This document shows, in pieces, positions 54,504 to 64,000 of a stretch of 64,000 bases of DNA (the stretch's first letter is position 1; every line of letters starts with the position of its first letter). The DNA is taken from assembly GCA_964490075.1 (NCBI GenBank), contig CAZBBK010000007.1, positions 1-64,000 of the forward strand. Direction: 5' to 3'. This DNA comes from an uncultured Gemmatimonadota bacterium (GTDB taxonomy: Bacteria; GCA-2686955). The notes beneath the pieces were generated by a model. It was given only the letters and a program-made list of their open reading frames with translations. It made no database searches and was not told the origin of the DNA. The position numbers and the translations under genes are program-made.

Positions 54504-57500
54504 GGCTCGAGCGGCTGGAGATTGGGCGCCTGCCGGGCATTCCGAAGGGCTTCACCTTGAGCGAGCTCGGAGCGGGGCTGAACGTGGTGCTGGGACCGAA
54601 TGCGTCGGGCAAGACCAGCATCTGCCGGGCGATCCGTGGGCTGCTCTGGCCGGCGCGAGAGGCGCTCGAGGCGGCGTCGATCGGCGGCCGCTTCGATGCC
54701 GAGGGCGTGAGCTGGGAGGCGCGACGCGAAGGGCCTCGGGTGACCTGGCGGCGCGAGGGAGAGCCCAGCGAGGCGCCGCCGATTCCGGAGCAGCGGCTGG
54801 CTCACTGCTACCTGCTCGGAGTCGAGGAGCTGCTCGCGCTGGCGAACGACGAGGACGAGCTGGCCGGACGGATCTTGACCGAGATGGCGGGTGGCTTCGA
54901 CGTGCCGGGGCTGCTGGATGAGCTCGTCAAGCAGAAGCCCCGCGGCAGGAGCGAGGGAGAGCGGGTGCGCAAGACGCGCGGCGAGCTGGCCAGGGTGCGC
55001 CGCGAGCAGGAGGATCTGGCGCGCCGCGAGCAGGAGCTCGACGATCTTCGCGCGGACTTGGCGGAGGCCGGCGAGGCAGCGATCGAGGCCGCGGCGCTGG
55101 AGCAGGCCCGGCGGCTGGAGGCGGCGCGGCGGGCGCGCGAAGAGGCTCAGCAAGGACTGAGGGAATTCCCCGCGGAAATGGAGCGGCTGGCCGGCAACGA
55201 GCCGCAGCGGCTGGACGGACTGCGCAAGGAGCAGGAGGCCCAGCGGCAGCGCCTCAGGGAGCAGCAGAGCAAGGCGCGGCGGGCGCGGGAGGCGATCGAG
55301 GCCGCCGCCCTGGCGGAAGGAGCGGTCGATCGCTCGCGCCTCGACGCGCTGGAGCAGGCAATCGAGGAGCTGCTGCGGCGGGAGAACGATCTGCAGACGC
55401 TGGACCAGAGGATCGACGAGGCCGTCGCGCGTCTCGACCGAGCGCGCCAGGCACTGGCGGGGCGCGACTGGTCGGGCGAGATGGCGCTCGACGGCGACGC
55501 GGTGAGCGAGGCGGAGGCCTGCCTCGTGGAGCTCCAGGCGCTGCGCGCCGAACGCTCCCGCCTGGAAGCCGAGCTCGAAGCGCGGACCGCCGATGAGCCG
55601 CAGACCGATCCCGACGCGTTGCGGGCGGCAACCGACGAGCTGACGCGCTGGCTAGAGGCCGGTACGGCCCCGGAAGGCGCCCAGGACTCGGGGCCGGCGA
55701 TCTGGATGGTTCTCGCATCGGCGCTACTGGCGGTGGGCGGCGCCGCGGCCCTGGGTTGGACGCTGCACTGGACGGCGGCGTTGGCGGCGCTTCCCGCGCT
55801 CGCGCTGGCGTGGCTGGCGCTGCGGCGTGGGCCGGCGGCGGCTCCCCCGGTCGACCCGCGGCCGGGCTTCGTCGCGCGCTTTCGCGAGACCGGCTGCATC
55901 GAGCCGGAGCATTGGAACCGTGATTCGGTCGCGGTGCACCTGGAGAAGCTGGAGGAAGAGCGAGCGGCGGCGCTGGCGGCGCGCGCGCACGCACAGGAGC
56001 GGCAGCGGGCGGAATCCGAGCTGGAGCGGCTGCGGCCTCGGGAGGAGAAGAATGCCCGGCGCCGCGAGCGGCTGGCCAGCGACTGCGGTCTGGCACCCTC
56101 GATCGCGGGTCTCGACCTGGTCGGCATGGCGCACCGCATCCGCGACCACGGACAGGCCGAGCAGGACCACGACGATGCGCTGCGGGCGCGGCGGCGAGCC
56201 GACGAGCGGAGCGGGGAGCTGGGAGCGGAGATCAGCGCGTTCCTGGAAGCGCACGGGGAGTCGCCGGACGGAGACGGGTCGCGGAACCTGCGGGCGGCGC
56301 TGGTCCGGCTGCGGCATCGCAGCGCCACCGTGCTCGGCGAGACCCGGGCGCTGCAAGAGTCCGAACAGGCGTGCGCGCAGCTGGGCGACGCGTTGGAGGC
56401 CAAGGCGGAGGAAGAGAGAGCGCTGTTCCGCGAGGCCGCCCTGACGCCGGACGACGAAGCCGAGCTGCGGCGGCGCTGCGAGCTGCTCGCGACCTATCGC
56501 ACGGCGCGCCAGGACCTGGCCAGGAAAGAAGCCGTCGAGCAGAACGAGGCGAAGAGCCTGAAAGGACACGAGGAGCTCGCCGCGCTGGACACCGAGGAGC
56601 TCCAGCGGCGCGCCGCCGACGCCCGGCAGCGCGCCGGGGGGGTGCAAGACCTGACTCAACGGATCGCCGGAATCGTGGCGGAGCTCGCTCAGGCGCGCGG
56701 CGGCGCCCGACTCGGCGACGCGGCGGCGGCCCACGACGAAGCGCTGCGATGCGCGGCGGATGCGCGCGAGCAGGCGCTGGAGATCGCCGCCGGTTGCTTC
56801 CTCCTGGAGGACGTGACCCGCGAGCACCTGCGCGAGGGCAGCCCGGTGGTGCTCACCCGAGCCCAGGACTGGTTCCAGCGCTTCACCGGCCACGCCTGGT
56901 CGCTGGGCGTCGAGGGCGGTGGCCTGGACGGCGCCGCTCCCCGCTTCCACGCCCGCGACCACAGCGCCGGAGAGCATCGAGCGCTGGCACAGCTCTCGAG
57001 CGGTACCCGCATGCAGCTCCTGATCGCGGTGCGCCTGGCCTTTGCCACCGAGGCGGAACCCGCTGGACCGATTCCGCTTCTGCTCGACGAGGCGCTGACC
57101 ACCAGCGACCCCGAGCGCTACTCCGCGGTGGTGGGCTGTTTGAAGGTGCTGGCCGCGGATGACCAACGGCAGATCATCTACTTGACCTCGCAGCCCTGGG
57201 ACGCGGCGCAATGGGGCACCGAGGGGGTCGACGGAGCCGGGTCTGCCGCGCTGAAGCGGATCGACCTGGCGGAAGTGCGGCGCCTCGCCACCGGCGCCAC
57301 CGCGCCCGCGGAGCTGCACCTGCCGCCGGCGCGAGAGATCCCCGATCCGACCGGCATGACGCCGGAGCACTTCGGAGCGGCGATCGGAGCTCGACGTTTC
57401 GACCCCTTCGAAGAGGCCGGCGCGCTACATCTCTTCCACCTGCTGCGCGACGACCTGGTCCTGGTGACGAGGCTGCTGCGCCAGGGCTACGAGCATTGCG

Positions 57501-57997
57501 GCCAGGTGCAAGCACTGCTGGAGAGCGACGCGGCGGCGACCCTGCTCGATGCGACCCAGGCCGAAACGCTGAACGCGCGCATCGACGTGGTGGACGCCTT
57601 CCTGGAGAGCTGGAGAATCGGCCGCGGCGCTCCGCTCGACCGCGACCGACTGAGCCAGGCCGGGGTGCCCGACTCCTTCATCGACCGCATCGCCGAGCTG
57701 GCGGACGAGCTGCACGGCGATGCGGCGGCATTGCTGGCGGCGATCGAAGATCGCGTCGATCCGCGGGTGAAGCGCTTCCAGCGGAAGACCCTCACCAAAC
57801 TGCGCGAGAACCTGGAGCGCGCCGGCCATCTCGACACGCGGCCGGTGCTGGAGCCCTGCGAGCTGAAGAGCCGTGTGCTGGGCGCGGCCGCCGCAGCGAT
57901 CGAGGCGGGCCGGCTGAGAGCCGAGCAGGTCGGCCGCCTGGTCGATGAGCTGTCGGAGCTGGCGGCCCGCGAGCATGGGACCGCCGCAACGCCCTGA
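54500..57997 (+). CDS. SMC/Rad50-like coiled-coil ATPase (YhaN/AAA_27-like) with central hydrophobic segments
   Basis: Walker A GPNASGKT, long coiled coils, signature LSSGTRMQL, Walker B LLLDEAL, YLTSQ. ATG at 54500 overlaps the nuclease stop. Confidence 0.88.
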   Translation: MRLERLEIGRLPGIPKGFTLSELGAGLNVVLGPNASGKTSICRAIRGLLWPAREALEAASIGGRFDAEGVSWEARREGPRVTWRREGEPSEAPPIPEQRLAHCYLLGVEELLALANDEDELAGRILTEMAGGFDVPGLLDELVKQKPRGRSEGERVRKTRGELARVRREQEDLARREQELDDLRADLAEAGEAAIEAAALEQARRLEAARRAREEAQQGLREFPAEMERLAGNEPQRLDGLRKEQEAQRQRLREQQSKARRAREAIEAAALAEGAVDRSRLDALEQAIEELLRRENDLQTLDQRIDEAVARLDRARQALAGRDWSGEMALDGDAVSEAEACLVELQALRAERSRLEAELEARTADEPQTDPDALRAATDELTRWLEAGTAPEGAQDSGPAIWMVLASALLAVGGAAALGWTLHWTAALAALPALALAWLALRRGPAAAPPVDPRPGFVARFRETGCIEPEHWNRDSVAVHLEKLEEERAAALAARAHAQERQRAESELERLRPREEKNARRRERLASDCGLAPSIAGLDLVGMAHRIRDHGQAEQDHDDALRARRRADERSGELGAEISAFLEAHGESPDGDGSRNLRAALVRLRHRSATVLGETRALQESEQACAQLGDALEAKAEEERALFREAALTPDDEAELRRRCELLATYRTARQDLARKEAVEQNEAKSLKGHEELAALDTEELQRRAADARQRAGGVQDLTQRIAGIVAELAQARGGARLGDAAAAHDEALRCAADAREQALEIAAGCFLLEDVTREHLREGSPVVLTRAQDWFQRFTGHAWSLGVEGGGLDGAAPRFHARDHSAGEHRALAQLSSGTRMQLLIAVRLAFATEAEPAGPIPLLLDEALTTSDPERYSAVVGCLKVLAADDQRQIIYLTSQPWDAAQWGTEGVDGAGSAALKRIDLAEVRRLATGATAPAELHLPPAREIPDPTGMTPEHFGAAIGARRFDPFEEAGALHLFHLLRDDLVLVTRLLRQGYEHCGQVQALLESDAAATLLDATQAETLNARIDVVDAFLESWRIGRGAPLDRDRLSQAGVPDSFIDRIAELADELHGDAAALLAAIEDRVDPRVKRFQRKTLTKLRENLERAGHLDTRPVLEPCELKSRVLGAAAAAIEAGRLRAEQVGRLVDELSELAAREHGTAATP

Positions 57998-58486
57998 TCA
58001 GAACATCATCCCCACGATCTCCCCGCTGCAGACCAGGCCGCCGTCCTCCTTCAAGAGCTCGCCACGCCACCGGAACAGGTTGCGCGACTCGTTGAAGGCG
58101 GTGATCTGCCCGGCCACCCAGAGCTTCTCTCCGGGTCCCACCGAGCGCCGGAATCGCACCCGGTCGACCCCGGCGAAGCCCAGGAAGCTGCCGGGCGGGT
58201 TACCGGCGTCGAGGTGGACGTGCATCGATCCGGCCTGGGCGAGCGTCTCGACCATCAGCACTCCGGGGAGCAGGGGGCGCCCGGGCAGATGGCCGGCGCA
58301 CCACCACTCTTCCTCGCCGACCTCGCGGCTGCCGACCAGCAGGTTGGCGTCGCGGTCGTGGTGCAGGATGTTGGTGAGCTGCAGGAACTCGTGCCGCTGC
58401 GGGTTGTAGCGGCCGAACTCTTCCGGCCCCATGAGGACCCGGTCGAGCGGGTAGTCCTGGGGGGAGATGAGGGTCTTCTTGGCCAT
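57998..58486 (-). CDS. 3-hydroxyacyl-ACP dehydratase (FabZ/FabA hotdog fold)
   Basis: PQRHEF, GHLPGRPLLPGVLMVETLAQ, VRFRRSVGPG. Confidence 0.85.
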   Translation of the reverse strand: MAKKTLISPQDYPLDRVLMGPEEFGRYNPQRHEFLQLTNILHHDRDANLLVGSREVGEEEWWCAGHLPGRPLLPGVLMVETLAQAGSMHVHLDAGNPPGSFLGFAGVDRVRFRRSVGPGEKLWVAGQITAFNESRNLFRWRGELLKEDGGLVCSGEIVGMMF

Positions 58487-58492
58487 GAGATC

Positions 58493-60049
58493 CTAGGGGA
58501 CTGTGATCCGTTTCATGATTTGCCCGACGTGGCCGCCGGGATAGGCGCCCACCTCGACCACCAGATCGTAATCGCCCGCCGGGGCCGACGCCGGCACGAT
58601 GATCGGAATCACCCTGTCATTGGTCTCCCCCGGGGCGAGGACGAAGCTCTGCACCGGCGCCAGCGGCTGGCGCACATTCGCGCTCTCGACCTCGGCCGAA
58701 GCCCACAGGTCGAGGCTCTGATCGGCCGCGAGGGTATTGGTCACCGACACCTCGATCGTCACGGTGTCGCCGGGGGCTGCCTGCTCCGGCACCCCGCTCA
58801 CGCTCATCTCGTTGCCCAGCACCGCCCAGGGATAGTCGGCGAGCTCGATGAAAAGGCGCTGCGCGTAGCGGTTCTCGTCCACCAAGGCCGGAATCTGGCT
58901 CTCGTTGGGCCAGAAGCTGGAGCCGACCTCGGCGGTGAAGGAGAAGGTCTTGGCCTTGCCGCCGCCGCGCTCGCCGTACATGAAATCGTCCCACTCACCA
59001 TTGGCGGTATAGATGGCGCCCGACTTCGGATTGCCGGCCAGATAGCCGTTGAAGCGCGTGGCCTCCTCGCCGAGGGCCTGGAAAAGGGCGTGGTCGGGGG
59101 TGTCGGCCCGCCGGTAGCTCCAGGTGTAGAGGAAGAGATCGCCGTAAGAGTGGTAAGAGATGCAGAGCGCGAAGTCGTTCTCCTCGACCAGCGGCACCAT
59201 CGCCTGGGCTTCCGGCTCCGAGAGGGGTGCGACTCCCCGATAGGTCTCCATGAACTTCCAGCTGCTCGACCCGATCTCGTCGTAGCCCCACTGGTAGCTC
59301 CAGTTGCGATTCAGGTCGACGCCCCACTTCCACGCCAAGAACGCGCCGTTGCGGTTGCGGTTCTTGCGCCACATGGCGTTGTTCTCGGCCACGGTGTGGT
59401 GGCCGTCGGGATTGAGCATCGGTACCACCCAGATCTCGCGCGAGTCGACCCACTCGGTGATCTGTGGATCCGTGCCATAGGCATCGGTCAGATCGTGGAT
59501 CAGCTCCAGTGGGATTTCGACCGTCAGTACCTCGCGGGCGTGGGTGTTGCCGATGAAGAGCAGGGCCGGCTCGTCCGGCTCTTCGACCTCGGGCTGGTCG
59601 GTGATCTTGACCGCCCAGATGCGTCGATCCTGGCCTTTGTGCAGCGTCTCCCAGGTGGGACCCAGATCGTAGACCCGCAGGATCTCGGAATGATCGAGCA
59701 CCGCCTGGTCGAGCTCGGCGAGCAACTCGTCGTAGGTGTGGTAGGCGCCCATTTCGCCGTCGGCGTTGACCTGGGCGTCGAAGTGGGCCTGGACATCGTC
59801 GATCAAGGTGTAGCCCGAGTAGCCGAGCTGCTCGAGCTGGCGGCGCTCGGCCGGCGTCGCCAACACGTCGAGATCGCCCCAGGCGGTGGGGTGTTCGGTG
59901 GCGATGTCGACTCCGAGCGCGCGCAGGTGCACGACCTCCGAGGCGTGCAAAGCGGGGAGTCGAAGCAGAGCGACCGGTTGGGGAAGGGTCGCCACGGCTG
60001 CGGGTGCGAGTCCGAGCAGGCTCAGCGCGAGAGGAACGAGGCGCTTCAT
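58493..60049 (-). CDS. Secreted M14 zinc carboxypeptidase (carboxypeptidase T-like) with C-terminal Ig-like domain
   Basis: Signal peptide; HARE, NPDG, WRKNR, GVDLNRN, SEPE, SYHSYG, TAEVG. Confidence 0.92.
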   Translation of the reverse strand: MKRLVPLALSLLGLAPAAVATLPQPVALLRLPALHASEVVHLRALGVDIATEHPTAWGDLDVLATPAERRQLEQLGYSGYTLIDDVQAHFDAQVNADGEMGAYHTYDELLAELDQAVLDHSEILRVYDLGPTWETLHKGQDRRIWAVKITDQPEVEEPDEPALLFIGNTHAREVLTVEIPLELIHDLTDAYGTDPQITEWVDSREIWVVPMLNPDGHHTVAENNAMWRKNRNRNGAFLAWKWGVDLNRNWSYQWGYDEIGSSSWKFMETYRGVAPLSEPEAQAMVPLVEENDFALCISYHSYGDLFLYTWSYRRADTPDHALFQALGEEATRFNGYLAGNPKSGAIYTANGEWDDFMYGERGGGKAKTFSFTAEVGSSFWPNESQIPALVDENRYAQRLFIELADYPWAVLGNEMSVSGVPEQAAPGDTVTIEVSVTNTLAADQSLDLWASAEVESANVRQPLAPVQSFVLAPGETNDRVIPIIVPASAPAGDYDLVVEVGAYPGGHVGQIMKRITVP

Positions 60050-60123
60050 GGGATCTCCTGGCTGGAACAGAGTTCCCCCCCGTCGGCCCATCGTAACAAG
60101 GCGACCCGACCCCGGCGCCCCTT

Positions 60124-62106
60124 CTACGAGGGCCTGCCCCGAATCGCCAGCAGCTCGTCGCGCAGCGCCGCGGCACGCTCGAACTCGAGTGCTTCGGCGG
60201 CCCGCCGCATCTCGGCCTCTAGCTCGATCGCCCGCTGGGCCGCGGTCTGGCCGGCGCGTCTGGCTGGCGCCCGCGGCACCGTCTTGCGTCGCTCCTTCTT
60301 CCCGCCCAGCGCCCCCGGGGCCAGCAGATCGTCGACCGAGCGGACGATGCCGCGCGGCTCGATCCCATGCTCTCGGTTGTGCGCCATCTGCTTGGTTCGC
60401 CGCCGGTCCATCTCGTCCAATGCCCTCTGCATCGACTCGGTCACCCGGTCGGCGTACATCACCACGGCGCCGGCCACATTGCGGGCCGCGCGCCCCGCGG
60501 TCTGGATCAGGGAACGAGTGCTGCGTAGGTAGCCCTCCTTGTCGGCGTCGAGGATCGCCACCAGCGAGACCTCCGGCAGATCGAGGCCTTCGCGCAACAG
60601 GTTGATCCCGACCAGCACGTCGAAGGAGCCGAGCCGCAGGTCGCGGATCAGCTCCACCCGGTCGAGCGCGTCGATCTCGGAGTGCAGGTAGCGCGCGTTT
60701 ACGCCGTGTTCGTTCAGGTAGTCGGTCAGATCCTCCGCCATGCGCTTGGTCAGCGTGGTCACCAGGACCCGCTCCTTGCGCTCCACACGCGCCGCGATCT
60801 CGCGCAGCAGGTCATCGATCTGGCCTCGGGTCGAACGCACGCTGACCTCGGGATCGACCAGGCCGGTGGGCCGGATGATCTGTTCGACGATCCGCCCGCC
60901 GCAACGCATCAGCTCGTAATCCGCGGGTGTGGCCGAGATATAGATCACCCGCTTGCGCAGCGCCTCGAATTCCCCGAAACTCTGCGGCCGGTTGTCTAGC
61001 GCGGAAGGCAGCCGGAAGCCGTGTTCCACCAACGTCTCCTTGCGCGATCGGTCCCCCTTGTACATCCCTCCGGCCTGCGGGACCGCCACGTGCGACTCGT
61101 CGATCACCATCAGGTAGTCGTCGGGGAAGAAGTCCAGCAGACAGGCCGGTCGCTCGCCGGCCGCGCGCCCGGTCAGGTGGCGTGAGTAGTTCTCGATGCC
61201 AGAGCAGTAGCCGAGCTCGCGCAGCATCTCCAGGTCGTAGCGCGTGCGCGTGCGCAGGCGCTGCGCTTCGAGCAGCTTGCCCCCGGACTCCAGCTCTTCC
61301 AGGCGCATTCCCAGCTCCGCCTCGATCGCCTCGAGCGCAGCATCCAGCCGTGCCCGGCTGGTCACGAAATGCTTGGCCGGGTAGATCCCGACCTGCTCGG
61401 TTCGTTGCAACACTTTTCCGGTCAGCACCTCGAAGCGGCTGATGCGGTCGATCTCGTCGCCGAAGACCTCGATCCGGACCCCGACCTCATCGTAGATCGG
61501 CACCACCTCCACCACATCGCCGCGCACCCGAAAGGTGCCCGGCCGCAGCTCGGCATCGTTGCGCTCGTACTGGATCTCTACCAGCCTGCGCAGAATATCG
61601 TCGCGATCGATTCGTTCCCCGACTGCAAGGAAGAGCAAGAGCTCGCGGTAGGTGGCCGGGTCGCCCAGTCCGTAGATGCAGGAGACCGACGCCACCACGA
61701 TCACGTCGCGCCGGGTCAGCAGCCCGGCGGTGGCGCGCAGCCGCAGGCGGTCGATCTGCTCGTTGATCGAGGCATCCTTGGCGATGTAGGTATCGGTGGT
61801 GGGGATGTACGCTTCCGGCTGGTAGTAATCGTAGTAGCTGATGAAGTACTCGACCGCGTTGCGCGGGAAGAAGGCCCTGAACTCGCCGTAGAGCTGGGCA
61901 GCCAGGGTCTTGTTGGGCGAGAGCACCAGGGTCGGACGGTTGACCCGGGCAATCACGTTGGCCACGGTGAAGGTCTTGCCGCTGCCGGTCACGCCGAGCA
62001 GCGTCTGATCGCTGCGACCCTCTTCGATGCCCGCGGTGAGCGCCTCAATCGCCGATCCCTGGTCACCGCTGGGAGTAAAGTCCGCCTCCAGCTCGAATCG
62101 ATCCAT
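60124..62106 (-). CDS. uvrB: Excinuclease ABC subunit B
   Basis: [46 protein letters not shown]-terminal UVR motif ([11 protein letters not shown]). Confidence 0.97.
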   Translation of the reverse strand: MDRFELEADFTPSGDQGSAIEALTAGIEEGRSDQTLLGVTGSGKTFTVANVIARVNRPTLVLSPNKTLAAQLYGEFRAFFPRNAVEYFISYYDYYQPEAYIPTTDTYIAKDASINEQIDRLRLRATAGLLTRRDVIVVASVSCIYGLGDPATYRELLLFLAVGERIDRDDILRRLVEIQYERNDAELRPGTFRVRGDVVEVVPIYDEVGVRIEVFGDEIDRISRFEVLTGKVLQRTEQVGIYPAKHFVTSRARLDAALEAIEAELGMRLEELESGGKLLEAQRLRTRTRYDLEMLRELGYCSGIENYSRHLTGRAAGERPACLLDFFPDDYLMVIDESHVAVPQAGGMYKGDRSRKETLVEHGFRLPSALDNRPQSFGEFEALRKRVIYISATPADYELMRCGGRIVEQIIRPTGLVDPEVSVRSTRGQIDDLLREIAARVERKERVLVTTLTKRMAEDLTDYLNEHGVNARYLHSEIDALDRVELIRDLRLGSFDVLVGINLLREGLDLPEVSLVAILDADKEGYLRSTRSLIQTAGRAARNVAGAVVMYADRVTESMQRALDEMDRRRTKQMAHNREHGIEPRGIVRSVDDLLAPGALGGKKERRKTVPRAPARRAGQTAAQRAIELEAEMRRAAEALEFERAAALRDELLAIRGRPS

Positions 62107-62113
62107 GGCGCGG

Positions 62114-63169
62114 CTACTGGGGATCGAGATTGAAGTCGACCTTGTTGTTCACGTTCGGCAACACCGTCAGCTCCTTGGTCTGCGACTGGTAGCCGGGCGC
62201 CGAGGCGATCAGCTCGATCGTCTGCAACACCTCTTGCGAGCCGGTGATCGCGCCGCTGGAGTCGACCACCCGAATCACCACGCCGGTCGCCAGGCGCTGA
62301 ATATCGTAATTTCCGAGCGAATCGGTGGTCGCGTCGTTGCCTTCGTTGAGGAAGATCGGGCTGCGCAGGGCGCTCGGATCTCCCAGCTCGGGGCTGAGCT
62401 CGATCTGCAGCCGGTGCACGCCACCGGCCGCGCGCCCGTCCAGCGTGTCGCGCCCGCTCCAATGGAAGTGCAGCAGCTCGCCGGCGTCCGCCTCGCCGCT
62501 CCCCAGCGTCGCCAGCAGGTCGCCGCCGGTGCTCTGCATCTCGGCGCTGTACGACGCCGCGCCCACGATGGCGAGAGGAACCGACATCGAATCGACCATC
62601 GGATTCGGAGCGGGAACACCGAGCTGAGTATGGAAAGGAACAGCCAGCGAAAGCGAGTCTCCGGACAGGCCCGGACCCGGCAGCTCGGCGAAGAAGCGAT
62701 AGCGAAAGGTGCCGGCCACGATCGGAATGCTGTCGGTGTAGGAATAGGCGGTGTCGGGTGCGGCGGTAGGCAGCCGCAGCAGCGTTTCGAAAGTGTCGCT
62801 GGCAGGAATGCTGCGCTTGACGTGGAAAGTGTCGATCTGGCCCAGCGAATCGACCGCCCAGTCGAGCTCGATCGCCAGGCCCGCCTGACGGCCCGCCAGG
62901 CTCAGCACCGAATCGGCGGTCGCCGCCAACCACATCCGCGCTGCCCCATCTGGCTGCTCCGCCGGCGCCTCGAGGGTGTCCGAGAGCTGGTAGCGAATCG
63001 ACAACGATGCGCCCTCGATCGCGCCACCCTCGGCGCTGCGCACCTTGCCGCTGAGCAGCGTATCGGCGGAGGAGGAGATCACCGGATCCTCGCCGCAGGC
63101 GGCGACCAGCGCCGCGACGCCGAGAAGGGCGCCGCAAGTCGTTCGGATCATTGTCGTCTTCCGCCTCAT
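62114..63169 (-). CDS. Lipoprotein with carboxypeptidase-regulatory-like and FlgD-like Ig domains
   Basis: Lipobox VAAC; LSGKV...IEGA; PAPNP...WSGRD..G..AGG.H. ATG at 63169 overlaps the upstream stop; alternative start at 63151. Confidence 0.72.
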   Translation of the reverse strand: MRRKTTMIRTTCGALLGVAALVAACGEDPVISSSADTLLSGKVRSAEGGAIEGASLSIRYQLSDTLEAPAEQPDGAARMWLAATADSVLSLAGRQAGLAIELDWAVDSLGQIDTFHVKRSIPASDTFETLLRLPTAAPDTAYSYTDSIPIVAGTFRYRFFAELPGPGLSGDSLSLAVPFHTQLGVPAPNPMVDSMSVPLAIVGAASYSAEMQSTGGDLLATLGSGEADAGELLHFHWSGRDTLDGRAAGGVHRLQIELSPELGDPSALRSPIFLNEGNDATTDSLGNYDIQRLATGVVIRVVDSSGAITGSQEVLQTIELIASAPGYQSQTKELTVLPNVNNKVDFNLDPQ

Positions 63170-63549
63170 TGCGTCTGTCCCGCTGCGCTGCGCAGCACCG
63201 TGGAGCTGGCGTCGCTCATCTGTTGTTCCATGGTGTCGAGGATCGCGGCGACCTCCGCCGGGGCGATCAGGGTGTCGGTCGCGGCCAGGGCGAGCAACTG
63301 GCGCGTGAGAAAAAGCTCGGAACGCGACACGGTGCGCTCGAAGCCGAGGGCCTGCTCCACGTAGCGCGTCACCGTGCTCTCGGCGCGAATCCGCTCGGGA
63401 CCCTCTGGAAGGTTGCGCAGCAGCTCGCCGCGCAAGGTCTGGATCCCCTGCTCCACCTCACGCCGGTTGGCGAGCTGGTGTTGCACCACCCACGCCACCA
63501 GGGCGCAGGCGGTCGCCGCGAGAAAGGCGGTAAGTAGCTTGGGTCCCAT
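63166..63549 (-). CDS. Hypothetical protein with N-terminal TM helix
   Basis: MGPKLLTAFLAATACALVAWVV; translational coupling to the downstream lipoprotein. Confidence 0.6.
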   Translation of the reverse strand: MGPKLLTAFLAATACALVAWVVQHQLANRREVEQGIQTLRGELLRNLPEGPERIRAESTVTRYVEQALGFERTVSRSELFLTRQLLALAATDTLIAPAEVAAILDTMEQQMSDASSTVLRSAAGQTQ

Positions 63550-63747
63550 GGGGTTCCAGGTGAGAGGCGGGGTTCTTGCGGGACTTTCGACCGTGCTGTG
63601 CGCCAGCGTAGGTAGCGCCACGACGGGCGTCAAGCCGGACTTCGGCGGGTGATGAGGCGCGGATCAAGTCGGGAGCCGCCGCGATCCGATCAGAGGAGTA
63701 GGGGTCCGCGAAGTTGCTACTGCGCTCACCCTGGGGAGAGAACAATC

Positions 63748-64000
63748 ATGGGATCGATCATCTGCGGCCTCTTCGCCGCCCTCGTCTTCAGCGCCTCCGC
63801 CGCCGCCACCGAGATCGCCGCCGATCCGGCGCGGGCCTGGAAGAGGATCGCGCGTCACACCGGATCTGAGGTCGATGCCGCTCTGGGACACGCCGCGTGC
63901 GTCGGCGATTGGAACAGCGACGGTCGGACCGACCTGGCGGTCAGCGCCTTTCGAGGCGCGGAGCTGCGCGGCGCGGTTCTGGTCTACACGGCGGGCGAGT
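63748..64000 (+). CDS. Secreted FG-GAP repeat protein (runs off the window end)
   Basis: SD GGGGAG, ATG at 63748, signal peptide MGSIICGLFAALVFSASAAA, motif LGHAACVGDWNSDGRTDLAVSA...GAVLVY. Not in the supplied ORF track. Confidence 0.78.
   Translation, partial: MGSIICGLFAALVFSASAAATEIAADPARAWKRIARHTGSEVDAALGHAACVGDWNSDGRTDLAVSAFRGAELRGAVLVYTAGE

Noticed and set aside
63550-63747. Intergenic region checked for tRNA, ncRNA or an SOS box for the uvrB operon
   Set aside because: No cloverleaf, T-loop consensus or recognisable LexA box was found by eye.

Overview
Very GC-rich (~70% by eye), gene-dense bacterial window with about 41 credible CDSs. The organism is probably diderm (TolC, lipoproteins), but the sequence alone does not fix its lineage. 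The window opens at what looks like an IS21-family end that has cut a gene. Housekeeping and envelope genes include sppA, a FabH-like synthase, rlmD, nadC, monomeric icd, a FabZ-like dehydratase, uvrB, a YhaO/YhaN-like nuclease-ATPase pair, a Yip1-TolC-MacAB-type exporter operon, an HDOD-REC-GGDEF cyclase and many peptidases (S49, M16, S41, S8, CHAT, M14). The most striking region is a co-oriented minus-strand cluster at 28.5-42.3 kb: secreted subtilase, ECF sigma factor, zinc-finger anti-sigma-like protein, TPR-CHAT caspase-like protease, PrsK/PrsR-like sigma54 two-component pair, AglB-like oligosaccharyltransferase with a variant HWDRG motif, and a Pmp-like beta-helix protein behind a sigma54 promoter. 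Other notable items are a sigma54 promoter followed by a ~180-nt rod-like structured RNA candidate (8.48-8.66 kb), a radical SAM/SPASM pseudogene, and a GT-C glycosyltransferase / transglutaminase-like / lipoprotein trio sharing a beta-sandwich domain. No rRNA, tRNA or CRISPR array was seen. All calls rest on motifs read by eye; no database searches were run.
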